Shown here in pieces: positions 26,701 to 41,381 of a stretch of DNA of 64,000 nt. The stretch is from positions 414,400 to 478,399 of the forward strand of contig NMRA01000151.1 in assembly GCA_002633005.1 (NCBI GenBank), in the 5' to 3' direction. Numbering within the stretch: position 1 is the first letter of the stretch; every line of letters begins with the position of its first letter. The translations under genes were made by a program, and so were the position numbers. A model generated the notes under the pieces. It was not told the DNA's origin. It was given only the letters and a program-made list of their open reading frames with translations, and did no database searches. The DNA comes from Phoronis australis (taxonomy: Eukaryota; Animalia; Phoronida).

Positions 26701-29200
26701 CCCCACACCAAAATGATATACAGGATTTCAACCAACAACTGGAGTTAGATTGCAGTTATACTACAGTTGTTAGCCACTTAAAATTTTTTACTGGCAAATA
26801 AGTTTTACAACTGTTCTTTACTCAACTGGACATCCTCCAAAGCACTGACAAGTTAGAGTAAAAACATCACACTGATATAATTGAAGTAGGTTAGTAGGGT
26901 TTACACAAACCTAATCTAAAAACTCAACTAAATAATGTTTCATGCTTTTCAACGTGCATTTTACCGTTTTAATATTTTATAATTAAACTCACTACAGGGG
27001 GGTTGTTTTTGAAAATTCGGTTTACGTCAAAATCACTGAGTGGGGGTTGCTGGTGAACGGTGGTGGGGTTAATGCGCCGTTGGAGTCACGGACATCCTGA
27101 CATATTGGGAACTGCATTTTGGACATCCTATTTTCGAAAACGTGGATGAATCCCTGAATTCAAACTGAACTTGCATTAAACAAGGAAAGATTAAGTACTT
27201 TAAACGAAACACAGCGATATCTTTGTCTGGTTAGGATTGTGTGTTGAATAAGATGTATAATGTCACTCCATGAAATATCAAGGAAATTAAACAGAACAAT
27301 ACCTCAAGGTTTCTTCAGGCGATCTGCTTCTATGACCAGAATGTGACGTTTGTATAGGGAAAAAATTATAGGTGACACAGGATCATTCTAACCTGACAAT
27401 AACCTAAGAGAATTAAAATGTTGTATATTTGACGAAATTTCAGGCTTACATTAGAGCCCATAGCCTAACATCTGTATTCGATACACAACTCGAAAATTGA
27501 GCAATTCCATGACATGGACAATATTACAGATTTGTACTCCAATCATGCTACTGGATTGGCTAATTTTCTGAAGTTGTAAGTTCATGTAATGTGCTTGAAC
27601 GGTGCAGGCTGCAAGTAACCGTATTTCCTAACCTGCCCAGTGTCAGACGGAAATACAGAGAAAAAGTTGCTAGCAATAACTGAATAAGCTTCAGTTTGTC
27701 ACATATATTCTCTCTTTTAAAACTTAAAGGAAGAGAAATCAACTTACATGTACGGTTGCATGAGCAAGTGTAGATGCTCAGTATTTTCATAACTGGAAAA
27801 ATAAAGCAAAACTAAATAGATATTCTGAAGTACAGCCCTGTTGACCAAGACAAACCGCCCAATGTACTCACTAGGACCAACAAGGGAGTAGTAATGGCCG
27901 AGACTAACCAATCCTGAAATCGAACCAGCGATCCTCATAAAATTGACGAGCGTGCTAACCATTCATCTAATAGGCAATTGCCCGTTAGCGAATGGCTAAA
28001 AGAGGCTCATGTGATTCACTGGAAGCACATCTGCAACAGGGGTTGACGAGCTTTCTAATAAAGCCATTGACATGGCCAGGTGTAGGAGGGTGGGCAGCAT
28101 GTACATAACGCGTCCTACAAAGTTCTCCCACCCCAATACAATTCTTTACACAAACTGCTACTCTGTTTTACGTTGGAGTAACCCTGTGACAACAAATCGC
28201 AGGACAAAAAGTGATCATCTGATCGAAATGTCTCTCTTCAAAATGACTCGGTTTGATGTATGCCGAATGAGATCAGATACCCAGTGAATGCTCTAATCGT
28301 GTACAAATACGAGTCATTGAACGTTTTACAGACAGGTTACTTGTCCATCGAAAGCCTTTCAAAATCTTCATGAGTTCGAACATTCAATCTTGTCATCATT
28401 GTTTCCCACCTTTCGACCGAGTCGCCTTGGTACACGATTTGTTGGTAATTCCGCTTTTTGTACTGACTAACTCGTCTCTCAGAGCAGACTCGGCGGTACA
28501 TTACCAGTCTCCGGCATTTACCTCTTTAGCTGCGCATGCGTTGCTGTAATATCTGGTATTTTGATGACTATCATTTTTATTCTTTGTAAACATTTCATTC
28601 GTACGTAGTATTAATAGTGTCTTATGGCAATTGTTTTTGCACATATTCAAAGTTTCTGTTAAATTGTTAAAAGTTTGTTATGTCTACAACTCTGACCATA
28701 GGCCATTAAATGGTAGTCTAAACTTCGACATTTTTCTCAATGAATTTCTCTTAAGCGATGTTACTAAATTTTTTGTTGCTTCTGATTTCCATATCTGTAC
28801 ATATTTTTGTTTTAATGTGTTCGTAATAGCATATCTAAATATTTGAATATTTACATTAGATACTCTTTACAAATATACAGTTCTATGTATACTTCTTTCA
28901 TCTATGTACTGTTTAAAACCAGGATATAATGCTTCCCGATTTCTGGGCTTGTCATTATTTTCCTTGCATGTTCTATGTATATAAGTTACCTTGAAACAAT
29001 AGACATGGAAAAGTTTGAAATCATGACAATCATCTCCTGACTTGCTGAGATTTTTTGCAAACCCTTTCATTATAAATTCAAGCAGAAATGGATTATGTGA
29101 ATGCGAGAGAGTATGTGTTTCTGTGTTTGTTTTCCTTTCTACCTGTGGCAATCTGAATGTTCAATATTTTGTCATAAACCATTTGCAAGAATATTACAGT

Positions 29201-29890
29201 CGTTATCCCCCTTATCTAGAGCCCTCGTGGATTTTGGAGAATTATCGCCCGTGGGGCGTACCACATACTGAACGAGAAACATTGCAATGGATCGGTCTAC
29301 CTTTCTTGACCCGCCTCGGCTTTGTAGATACTACAGTATCTATGTCAGAGACCTGGGGTCGGAGGTCGTGACCTTTTAGAAAAACCGGGCTATTTTTGTC
29401 AAATAATGCTTTTACTCAAAACCAATTAAAAATTTAAACAAAATGGAAATAAAGCGAATCTATAAATTAAGGTTTAGCAACTATTATAGCTCAACTTCGA
29501 CCGAGAAAATACCGTCTGCTAAAATAGGTTACCACTGGTAACTGACTATAATGCTCAAGTTGAAGGATCCCGACGACACGATACCCGCATTCAAATTGGA
29601 GATCGGTGATTTACAAGTGAGAGAAAATGAAAGATAAACGTCACTGAATTAAAATATTATTTTTATGGAAGTTATGAGTCTGCGCGTGCTCATTTAAGTA
29701 TTCTATTTTTACGTTCGATGACGTCAGTCTGTGGTAAAGTCGAAGACTCGAAACTCTTGCTGACCGTGTTCGAAACCGACCTCGATTCCCACCAAAATGT
29801 TATCTCACTAGTGAGATAACTAAATGGGTTATTACACGGTTTTATTGGCCATTCGAGGCTGATGTTGTGGTATAATTTAGCATACCTAAA
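29201..29890 (+). mobile_element. Unclassified palindrome-rich non-autonomous element (same family as 56326-57372)
   Basis: About 29270-29780 is the reverse complement of about 56640-57225. Carries the perfect palindrome gttatctcactagtgagataac at 29799-29820. Confidence 0.75.
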
Positions 29891-31253
29891 CATATACCAC
29901 TTTAAGGACCGATTGTACGGATTTCGATTGAGAGTACACGTAACTTCGTGGATCGACTTCGCATCGTCGACGAAAAAGTCTGAGAAGTTTCTATTTAACC
30001 GCTTGTGACATCAATTGACCCTTAGTTTCATATGAAAAATAGTCAATAATTTTGTTGGCAATGAGGTACATGTTGCGAACATAGTGTAACGAGCTTTAAT
30101 TAAGTCTTGGGCCCGAAAATTGACACATTAAATTAGCAATCACACTTTGTAAGTTTTCCACTTTGGGCATTTTTGTTAAGTATGTTTACTAATCGTTGCA
30201 ATGTTCTTTTCTTTCTTTGGTACGTGGAAATCTTTAATTTACGTGAGTGTGTGGCTATTACGTATTAGTGGGTTATTGATGTTGAGCTGGCGCTAAAATG
30301 CCAAACATTACAAAAAATTACTCAATTTTCAAACTAGTTTGAAACAAACAATGTTTTCCACTGCGCAACTTTTCTTTCACTACAACATGCGTCACTAAAC
30401 ACTGCTAAAAGTGCAACTTATTTAACGGAAGTACTTTTGAGAGGCATTTACCCTTCATCAAAAAAAAAAAATTGGAATGGAGCGATAGAAAACACGCCAC
30501 TTTGACAAATTCGGAATGCAAGTCATGATGACAAATAAAGAACAAGACGAACAGAGGGATCCGGCCGGGGTTTTCGTTGAGAGGCAACGTTTCAAGTCAT
30601 CAAAAATATCTTTTCCCGTCATGACGACTATTTACGTGACATCATAGACTATAGTACATGGACCGCCGGCTCCGTATACTTTCAATGGACGAAATCTATG
30701 CTCTTACAGAAGCAATGACGTCACATTCACTAGCGACACCTGGCCAAATTATGTGGTGTTATTTCCGGCAAGTAAGTCTGCTAATCATGATCGGCGGTCG
30801 TGTCGTCACAATACACTAACCGGAAACAAGGACAGGTGATTTAGGAGATTGCCTCCTCCTCTAGGATATTACGCAAGAAAATAACGGAGTGGCGAATAGG
30901 TTGTTTGTAATCTGTGGTGACATGTAACACCAATATGTCTGCATAAAGTTGCTCAATCTCTTTGAAGTTGATTCCCCGTTTTTCTCGGTAATAAGGAAAG
31001 CTACTCTGGCAATGAATTTGTCTTCCGCCCAGCCTTCATGACCAGGAATTCGAGTCTTGGTTGTGAACACTTTTGGCGTGTACTGTAAATGCGAAAAGTC
31101 TACTTGATGGTGAGACGGAAGTCTTAAAAATATTTAAGTGCTTTTACCGGTACCAATATATTTTAAGAATGTTCTTTCAATTCAAGAAAACTCGTACCTC
31201 ATCGTGCCTTTAATTCCATATGCCTTCTTACTTTGCCTACTTGTGCTTAACAG

Positions 31254-31601
31254 TTGGTCCCACCACTATGGAGATTCTTACTAATGGAGTCCATGGCAGA
31301 TTAGAAGAAAATGCAGGACAGAAACAATACTTTGTGAAGTTAGGAAACAAGTATACTGTGACGTGTAACACGGATAACGTTAACGAACACGCAGAGATAC
31401 TCTGGACTACCACAATAACAGGGACACAAGCACCTGCGAGAAAGTCGACCAAAATGACTGAGCACCACTCATGGACGTTTTCCAGTTTCTTCATATTTGT
31501 TGCCGCTAAAGAACATAACCAACAGTCTCTAAAATGTGAAGGGCAGAACACAAAACATTCTGCTTTCCGGGCTAGCAATAGTCTCGAAGTCTATGTGACG
31601 T
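31254..31601 (+). CDS. Ig-like domain exon B (348 nt)
   Basis: Acceptor taacag and donor GTGAGT. xGPTTMEI...VTCNTDNVNEHAEILW...FVAAKEHNQQSLKCEGQN...LEVYVT. Confidence 0.9.
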
Positions 31602-32859
31602 GTGAGTACGGTTTCATTTTTAAAACGGGGTATTTGTGAGGTATGTTAAAGCATGTGAAATTATACATGGCAAGGCTATTTGCACGCTTTTCAACATTGT
31701 TTTGCACCGAGCAAACACATTCGGAGTCGCACAAACCAGGGTATTTCATAATAAGTTTTAGGACGTATACTCTGGCAATTTGTACCATTCTAGTACTCGG
31801 GAGATGATGAATTTTTTCTTGAAAGAGTTTTGAGTCACACCAGTATTTTCCACTAAATCCTTCGGCATGGTTTTGCCTATGACATTATAGTTCATAATGC
31901 TGAAATTCCATTGGTCCTGACCTTGTCTGCATAGCCAAATGCTGCATGGGTCGAATGTCAGCGGACTAGAGCTGTGGTTGTTGGTAATGTAGTTTTATTA
32001 CTGGGCTGGGAAAACGATCACATTGGTTCTTAATCGCGCGATTTGAAATACGCCGTGTCCCGCAGTATGTCAAGTATCGCATCCACATCGAATAGCAAAC
32101 TTGGACCTGTAGGACAAAAATTTGGAAATTAAGGCAATGCAATACATCCAGTATACCAAAACGAAAAAAATTGACGTTTTTGACAATAAGCAAACCGACG
32201 TGTAGGGATAAGTGTCCTGGCTCTACACAATTTATGTACTCGAAATCGAAAGTATTTTTTACTTTTTCAATTCTAATTTGAGGAAAAATTAAGGTATACA
32301 ATACAAAGAAATATTATGAGATTATTCGGAGACCTCCTCGACGCCCACACCCGATGTCCCGCTCGACCCACGACCTCTAAACCAACGACTCCACGGCCCA
32401 CTACATGTACCTACAACCGCCTCGACTCACGACCTGCGGCAATAGAGGTATATTTGCGACTTTTACACCGTTCATTATCATATTACCTCGCTGCGTGACT
32501 TTCCCAAACGACTTACCTAGAAAAATCTGCTCTGGCTCAGAGTGGGGGTTAAAAACAGAAGTTGGCGTAAGAGCATGATCTAAACTGACGGTTTGTGAGT
32601 GTGCCATCGTTCTCCTGAGTATATGCGAGACGAAGAGTCGACAAGCACGTGGGGGGACCAACCTCTCTTAAACAAACATTTGGTTACAAAATCGAGCGCT
32701 GGCAAGACTGTCATGCTAGATGAGTTGAACATTTCCAGTAATGTCTGTAGGCTTGTAAAATCTGCAGAGTACTATTTAAAAAGGCTGGATATTGATATAA
32801 GCAGTCAGTAAGGTATCTACAAATAAACATTTCGGTTTACATTTTAACCATCGTCACTA

Positions 32860-33355
32860 ACAGAAAACCCGTCATGGAACAATACAATGTATCAGGTGCA
32901 AATGAAAAGGACCGGGAATGTCCGCGGATATGGTTATCTGTTACTTTCGCGAAAGTTTTGGTCTATAATTGTAGAAGTTGCGCCCAGACCTTGTGCTTGA
33001 TGAAAACCGGGAGTTCGCAAAAGCTTAGGAGGAAATATGGTCGAATCCCAAGATGCCAACTTTCTTGAAACTTTCTTCGAAATCCGCGCAGAAATAACAC
33101 AGACACGGAGAAGTTTCACGGCCTCATACTTGGTATTACGGCGTACTTTTCATTCACTACCGCGAACCCCTTCCGAAGCATTTTATGCTCTCGAGGAAAT
33201 CGTAAAAACGACATGCCCGCTTTCATCGTAGCATCATAGTTCGCACAAGCGGCAACGATACACCATTCCATAGCGGCACTCACTCTGCAGAAGAACCACT
33301 GACGTCGCTATTAAGACGGTGAAAAAAGACTAATGAAATCGGGTAGCATTCTCCT
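32860..33355 (-). mobile_element. Kolobok-type THAP-bearing element (copy 2; left end not resolved)
   Basis: Minus strand MEWCIVAACANYDATMKAGMSFLRFPREHKMLRK. Terminus gggtagcattctcct. Confidence 0.72.
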
Positions 33356-34604
33356 TTGAGCTTCCTTTGATATTGCAAGTAATTGTGTAAATATTACAAG
33401 CACAGGCGCTCAGATCATTTGCAGAATTAGGAGTGGACATGTTCGGTTACATTCTCAACATCTACTTAGTCCTTTGATTTAACAACAACAGTGCATCTTA
33501 TTCCAGCTCAACATTGCGTGTTTTCAACACAACATATAACTCCATCGAGATATAAGTTCAGGCCAAGTACCAGAGTCTATTTCACAAGCGAATTGCTACA
33601 TGTACTTCAAATGCGAATACATCAGCAGATATCTACAGAAAACGTGTCAGTGGTCATATAGGTTTTAACCGACAGAAGACTGGATGGTCTGCTTCACCAA
33701 TCGATAATATTGTTCTACACAGACACCCAAGGGCGTCCTTATTTTACGTTTTGGTATACCCGAGATGTCCCCCTGTATATCCGAATGTTTCACTTTTCAG
33801 TTCAGTTTTCCCGTTTTTGTAATTGTCGAAAGTTGACAGCTATGCAGCATCTGCTCAAAATACATTTTCTTTTTAAGAATATTGTTCATTTCAGAGTCCA
33901 TTTTCTTTGGTAACATAACAAATTGTTAAATGTGTTCCACTGTTCCTTGTTTACGGCACCACGTACTATATTTATCAGTATCACTTAGTTAAACTTTCTG
34001 AAGACAAACCCTTACTTACAAATTGTGTATCTTAGCTAGAGTAACTAGTATTCGCGCATCCTGAAAGTTTACTGAAGAATATAACTATATGAAATCAAAT
34101 ACACACAGATCAAATACACACGCAGATTTATAATTTTGAATGTATGGCGACCAAAATTCTTCTCACCAACTGTGACGGGATACATATGTTTGTAGCAATC
34201 TTTTGAATCATTGAAAATATTTACTTGCTCGTTTAATTGGTCGTTTACATAATCTTTGGTTCATCACCTCTTTTGTTACTATTGCTCCCTTTATTAACTG
34301 AACTAAAAATTAATTAGTTGACCAATTATTTAATTAATCAGCCTATTAGTTAAGGCTTTGCAATCACATTCTACATTTTTGTGCATTAGGCAATTCTCTT
34401 GGTTTTTCGAATTTGATAATCTTTTTTAAACTAGCCAGCTATGCTAAAATATAATTATTTATTAAATAAAGTACTGATCTTTCGCTTCTGGTATAATCAT
34501 AGTATTTCGTCATTGACACAAGAGTAAGCTTCACATTAATGCAGTATACACTGAACTGCTCAGAAGACTGTTTTAAAAGACACGAAGTAGTAATTTTCTT
34601 TCAG

Positions 34605-34931
34605 TTGGGCCCGATGAGCTTTCATTTGCTTCGGAAAATGGTTTCTTTAATCGTACGACAGGCGTGTATAACGTACGGGAGGAGACTACAACAAACTTGC
34701 AATGTTCTACAGACAAAGTTTCGTCAGGAGTTCGCATGAGCATTTTGGCCAAATTCGCCAACAAATCAATGGAAAGTCGTAACTCAGATATATATGACGA
34801 GAAAGAACATACATTGGACTTTCACTTTACTGCAAAACGGTCGTTCAACAAGGACATTCTCAAGTGCAAAGCTACAAATTTTGTCGACTCGGACTTTAGT
34901 GTGTCTAAAAACATTACACTTGTGGTGCTAT
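34605..34931 (+). CDS. Ig-like domain exon C (327 nt)
   Basis: Acceptor ttttctttcag and donor GTAAGT. xGPDELSF...LQCSTDKV...FTAKRSFNKDILKCKATN...ITLVVL. Confidence 0.9.
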
Positions 34932-35534
34932 GTAAGTAGACGATGTCATTTATGTCTTTGACGCTTTCTAAGTGGTTTCAGGTACCTTGAATGCCAAAAA
35001 TAATTTGTAAATTGTCTGTGATCAATGAAGCATGATGTATTTTTACGTGAATCGACGGTTTATGTGCAAAATGATCGTGTACGAGCTTTCCATCAAAATT
35101 AAAACAATCTTGTTGTTTGTTGTATATTAGTTTTCAAGTTACAGTGACGGCGTATCTTTGACTTCTTGTAATCGATGTTTTAACGATTCCTTTCAATAAT
35201 TAAACTACTTGTAACAGTTCCTTAAATACACCAGTGTGCTGAATGCGTGAAAAATACTTCAATCAAAATCCAGGAATTGTCATGAATTTTTTCTGTGCAT
35301 TAATGTTTGTAACTCTCCATTGATCAATTACTTGTGAAGTCTGTAATGTACATAACTTTACAAATGCTCAGATTCTTATTCAAAGATTTAAAGAAGACGT
35401 TTTTACTAACTTGCCTTAGGGGCACTATTGATAAAGTTAAGATAACAAAAATCGGCTATTCTCGCATTCTATGGTAGGTTCTTCACGTTATTTGAGTACT
35501 TTCAGCTTAGGACTACATTATTCTTTCTTCGAAG

Positions 35535-35846
35535 ACGGTCCGAAAAAAGTGAAGATAGGTGGACGGAATGGTGAAGTTTCCACCCGATATGTGAGCAGTC
35601 ATAGCGTCGAAACTTTTCTCCTGTGTACAACCGACAGTGTCAATCCGTCAGGGCAAATACGCTGGAGAACTACAATACCATCCACTGCCGCCATGGTCAG
35701 CTGTAATGATACGCAATCATGTTTTGCAAGTAGCATAACCTTCACACCCTCAGAAAAATACCATTCGCAGAAGATAGCGTGTGTAGCCGAAAACTCATTG
35801 GATGAGACCATTAGTGAATCCAAAGAGATTGTACTTGCTGTTTCAA
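35535..35846 (+). CDS. Ig-like domain exon D (312 nt)
   Basis: Acceptor ttctttcttcgaag and donor GTAAGT. xGPKKVKI...LCTTDSVNPSGQIRW...FTPSEKYHSQKIACVAEN...IVLAVS. Confidence 0.88.
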
Positions 35847-37432
35847 GTAAGTGTTGTAATAAAGTTAAGCCACTTGACGTCTAGTCGGCAATTACTAAAT
35901 CCAAACAGGGTTCGCGGTTAATTTGTATGTTTGTTGAAAGTATAGGATTCAGTGACATAAATATTACACTAGCAGTGCATAGCGAATGTTGACTCACAGA
36001 CTCTCGAATTGAGACAAGACATTTATCTGCATGGATGATAGTGCGAATTTAACTAAACAAGAATTATAACATTACTTCATTAAATATAAAATCTGTGAGA
36101 ATAAGATGGTTGGCGAATTGATCCCTGGATGTCTACGAAACGATAAAAAAGTGTTAATGATTCCAAAAGTACCTAAAGGAACTTGATTATGTTCGAACCA
36201 GCTCCTTCATTTCCATCCCCTAGTGGGAAGCGTTTCTGATTTTTTGACTATTTTACTGAATCTGTGAAACAAATCGATGAACCTTCAGCTTAAGCAGCTT
36301 AAGTGATTGCGTTTCATGAAGAACTCGTACATGTTTTTTTGGAAACGCAGCTTTTGCTCACGGGCATTTTCTGGGCATTGGGTCCAACCTCCCAAATTCT
36401 TCGGATTCCCAGTCTTCAGCAAACTGAGATATTTTTTGTTCAGTAGTGCAGTTTTCCAAATACCATCTTCAGCAATTTGTCCCCACCCTTCTTTCATACG
36501 TAAAAGACACTAATCGTGTTCTTAACATAATTAACCACATAAGTGATTTACCTAAAATGTACTCCTAGTTACTTTTGATGTTAAATGCTTATACACTATT
36601 ATTCCTTAGCATGAAGGCTTAGAAACCTGCACCAAATTTCTTAGTCAACGTAATAATGGTAATATATCTACATCTTTTATTCGCTGTCTTCTCGAACATG
36701 TTTTTGCCATGACTAACTTCACCTTCTATAACAAACATTATCCTTAAACATTAAAGCGCAGATACGAGCACTAGAGTTCCCCCTACATTTGCCAAACTTT
36801 GAAATCTTGAAAACAACTTCATATAATTTTGCTCTGAAACAAAACTCTTTTCTAGCTGTGATATTGCGTATTCTACACTTTTTAAACGATTGTTTTTTGT
36901 AACTACATTACATTTCAATGCTTTCAAACAGAAATGATTTATGAGACACAAAATAGATTCATGCACCACAAATTTGTCACTAATGGCTTAGTGGTGAAAC
37001 AGAAAATTGTGCGAGTCATTCTTTCTGTTGACAATCGAGATGGTGTGCCAATGTGACACGCACAGCAGCGACACACTGAGGGAAACTCGGGATCTCGAAA
37101 TACCGAGATAATTAAGACGGGATATCGAGAGCTTGAGATAATTAAAAAAAGAAACGCGCAATGTCATCTTTGAGTCACCGTAGGCCTCAGCCAAGAAGTG
37201 TTTTAAAAGTTTAGCACTGAAATATGATAGCCCTAAAAATCTTCAAAATGGAATAATTTGTGGGGAATTTCAGAAATAGTGCTTCTTTTTCACCCAATTC
37301 GTTTCTTTACATATACCCACTTTCATCAAAAACTCAATATTGGAATATACCGCTTGTTATTGTAGTTGTTAAATATTGTATATTAACAACGACAAGGTGT
37401 GTATTCACAATTAACTCAATCACATTCTTCAG

Positions 37433-37744
37433 ATGGACCAAAACGTCTCACTTTAAGATTATTGGGTCAAGAGGAACCACTCAACAGCATGTTGTTTACA
37501 TACGCGGGCCAAGATCATGAGATATCTTGCGAGACCGATCACGTATTTCCTGACGCCTCGGTGTCTTTTGACAAACTGCAAGGTATGACAGAGAATCGAC
37601 AGCAAACAGTGGGATCTAAGCGTCGTCGCGTTATCCTTTTCAACGTCCAAGCGTCGTACAATAAACAAACCTTGACCTGTAGAGCTTCCAACAATCTCAC
37701 TCCCCAAGATGTGATAAGCAAAGACATAATATTTGACGTTATTT
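37433..37744 (+). CDS. Ig-like domain exon E (312 nt)
   Basis: Acceptor ttcttcag and donor GTAAGT. xGPKRLTL...ISCETDHVFPDASVSF...YNKQTLTCRASN...IIFDVI. Confidence 0.9.
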
Positions 37745-38115
37745 GTAAGTACATTTGCTTCAAACAATAAATTGATGTTAAGGCATAGCAACTCCAAGAC
37801 AGAGGAAAGCATACCTTGGAAGGAACAATCAACGCACTCAAATTTCGTTCTCATCACCCTGACAACTACAATATCGCATTAGGTTTTGTTGGCTCAGTTT
37901 TTAGCAAAAGATACACCAACACAGGGATTTCAACTTCTGACATTACGTAAGAGCAACACTTATCTAAGTGGAGGGGCAAGGCTGTCACGCTGCAAATTCT
38001 CTTTTTATCATCGGCTTTGTCACAAAATCGTAGTGCTGTTCAAAAAACCACATACCTGAGTGTTCGCGCAGCAAAATTGCATTGCCTCTAAGAGCTTGGC
38101 ATGAATCCATTGCAG

Positions 38116-38442
38116 ATGGTCCCACAAGTGTGAGCTACTCATCAACCACGGGTCAACTAAGCCAGGATCGCAGAAAGATTTTTCTCTTGTCAGAGTCGCC
38201 CCACAACGTCACGTGTGGAACCGATTCTGTACGACATCAAGCCACTGTCAAGTTTACGGCAGAATTTGGTGTTGCCACGAAAACTTGGTCACGTTCGGTC
38301 GGAGGCGAAAGCGCAATTTATAAGGCCGACTTCAGCTTTCAAGCAGAAAGGAGACTAAATGGATTTGTTTTGAAGTGTTCTGCGGAAAACAATGGGACAT
38401 CAACGTTGGAAACTTCTAAGAACTTGGAGTTTGTCGTTATAT
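38116..38442 (+). CDS. Ig-like domain exon F (327 nt)
   Basis: Acceptor ttgcag and donor GTAGGT. xGPTSVSY...VTCGTDSV...FQAERRLNGFVLKCSAEN...LEFVVI. Confidence 0.88.
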
Positions 38443-41042
38443 GTAGGTTTTCTGGTGTTTAAACATGCTAACCGTCATTTTTTGATGACGATAGAGTCAC
38501 ATTAATTTTCTACAAATTTATGACTAAGTCTCAGAACTATGATAACATTTGTTCAACTTAGAAGGCAATACGACGGAACAGTAACATTTTATTAAAACTT
38601 GACAGTTTCGATCATTATTTGAGGAAACCCTACCGTATTTCGATTTATTGTGTTAGGGCATGTTATTGTTTTTGGTCGACATCAGGGGGCTTGGGTACAA
38701 AAAGTCTTAAGGCCAATGTGTAGATTGGAGTGCACACAAAAACAACTTATTCAAAAACAGTATACACACGTTTTTTGTTAGATTTACTGTCCTCTGGCAA
38801 AATGTCTAAGCGACGCTAGGATTTTTGTCATCAAATATGATTTTAGGTCATCCAGATACCGATTTTCTCAACAAAGCATCAATTTTAATCAATTTCGCTT
38901 TTCGCACTTAGTATTGGAGTTATTAGGAGACCCTTCTTACTTGGCGAAGTGAAACAGAGTGTGATGGTTTTTTCACTTCGGAGAATGAAATTCTACAAGT
39001 ATATTGCCCGGTCATCAAGTTTTGTTGTTTTTTGTTTGTACGCACGCTACAAGTTGCATTTCCTATCCGATGAACATTACTTACAAAGTGTTGTAATAGT
39101 AGCTTGTACAACTGAGAGGCTCTACGTACTGCCAGACAACTTTCGGTGGTGGTTGTCTTGTTCTTGGCTTTCTCTTTGGTCGTGAAGCTGTCGTCATGCA
39201 TAACTGATGAGTGTAATCGATTACAAGTGTTGCATCATTACTTGCTTAATTAATGCTGGCGGGTATGATTTTGGCGAGACAGATGAAGCTCATACGACGG
39301 GTCTTGAGAAATTCCCGTCCAGCTTCATATATTCTGGAGAGCTGTTCATTCTTGTACAAGACAGTAGTGGACATTTTCAACCTCGTCAGCAATTTTGGCA
39401 AATTGATATTGTTACCACTGAACATCTTTCTGTTGCTCTCCGAGTCGGATAATGCGTTTTTGCCACCAGTAGGGTGTTTCGCAGACTCCAAGGATTCATA
39501 CATTCAGGCGAAGCGTTAATTGACCTTCGGGTGGGTTATCATAGAATCTCTACCACACCGCATGTTCTACAGTTTGGACGGTAGTTTAAGGGCACCAGCT
39601 TGCAAGTTGAATGGACGATTTAGTGTGATCTAATCAGCATAATGACAGTTTTTGGCCTTTTGCACTTTTAGCATGTGTATATGTTTTGTTACCGAAGAAG
39701 TATACAGCTGAGGTATGCAACTTCGACCGGGCGACACGAAGCTTGCATTCCAGTTTCTTTAGTTCTGTGGCAACATGCATTTCATATTGTGATGAGGATG
39801 GTCAAGAGCTTAGGCGAGTGCCATTAACGCCTGACTGAAGACATATAAATGTTTGACTGTATACGAAGCGAGCAGGACCAAGTTATTGTAACAATAATAA
39901 TGACACGGTAGTAAAAAACTGAAGCCTCAGAATTGTTGATCTTTCTCCTTTCAAAAAATATTTACTTTTAGTGGTTTACAAAGCATACATTTTTCGATAT
40001 TTGGTTTAGAGTTGAGGTCGTTTATTAAGTAACTGGATAACCTTAACCTATATAATCCTTTAATTAATGAGTCTGTAAAACTTAAACAAACATTGTTTTG
40101 ATGCCGTGTTCACAAAAACATGCTTTCGCAAATATTACGGGACCTCAGTTAATTCATACCACGCATCATTCGTTCTAATTTCGCAGCTGCATAAAAATCA
40201 ACAGTGGTTTGTTTACCCGCGTAAAATGAACAAAAACGTTGCAATTTCTCTTGGTTTTCGAGATTTGCGCACTTTTTTGAATTCACAATATAGGACCCTT
40301 CTCTAGGTCATGTGAAGAAAGAAATTTCACATCTTATTTTCAAATTTTCATGATGATACATACAGTATGGGATGATACAGCCTTCCAAGAAATGTGTTAT
40401 CCAATGGTGAAATACGGAAGGACATGTGAAATAAATACCGTTATTTCCAATTATACTGAAGATTTGAAAAAATTGAAAAATGGGCTGGTGCGTTGCGTAG
40501 TCGGCCTTGTTTGAATTGACTTCCATATCACGAATCTCGTTATGATAACCCATAGTCCTCATTACGTATACATTTGTATAAGACAATTCTTAATCCCTGA
40601 ACTAGGCAATAGAGATAAAAGTTTGCCTTTTTATCATGATTTTGACTTTATTTTTGAAGAACGTTCATATCAGTTAAATTTTGCAAAACAAAACATATTT
40701 CTTACACCCAAGCCTATTTATTTGTGGAACACTACATCGTCCGGCAAATTTTCCTCTTTTTGTCAATGGCCATTCGAAGCCCCGATAGTCTCAAGTAAAG
40801 ACGAATTCTTAGTTGTTGCAACTATTTTAAGTCTGGTCAGCCCGCCATCTGTTGACGAAGTCACATGACCATGAATATAAGTGTGAAAATATTTCTGCCC
40901 GCGACAGGGCCTCGAGCCCAGGACCTTCTGCTAACCGTGCAGACGCTCCAGCCATTTCGTGAATTTCGATGTACACACTCATAATCCCATTCATTATACT
41001 TACGTAATCACAATGTGTACAGTGTCCCAACTTCTGTTTCAG

Positions 41043-41381
41043 TCGGCCCAACAACACTTACTATCTCTGACAAATATGGCGACGTGATTTCGAACTCTTA
41101 CGCCTTGTTAGTTCACGGGAATGTCACAGTACTATCGTGTGTAACTGATACTTCCAACCCCGGAGTCAACTTGAACTTCACGACTGACTTTAGATGCACC
41201 CCACCAAGATGCTCGAAAGCGACTGGACAGACTGATGGGAATCACAAAGGAAAGCTCTACCGATCATACTTGACGTATACGCCACTAGAGGCGGATCATG
41301 GGAAGACTGTGACGTGTGAGGGGAGAAACATAATGACGGCAGCTATTAATTCTACCAAATCTATAATTCTCGCTGTTATGA
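41043..41381 (+). CDS. Ig-like domain exon G (339 nt)
   Basis: Acceptor ttctgtttcag and donor GTAAGT. xGPTTLTI...LSCVTDTSNPGVNLNF...LTYTPLEADHGKTVTCEGRN...IILAVM, the most canonical C2-set_2 signature of the set. Confidence 0.92.

Noticed and set aside
31237-31578. Antisense ORFs overlapping Ig exons (also 9857-10222 and 37459-37857)
   Set aside because: Shadow frames of real coding exons with no recognisable motifs.
39455-39520. PVGCFADSKD looks like the start of a WSC domain
   Set aside because: A stop follows within a few codons and the remaining Cys pattern is absent.
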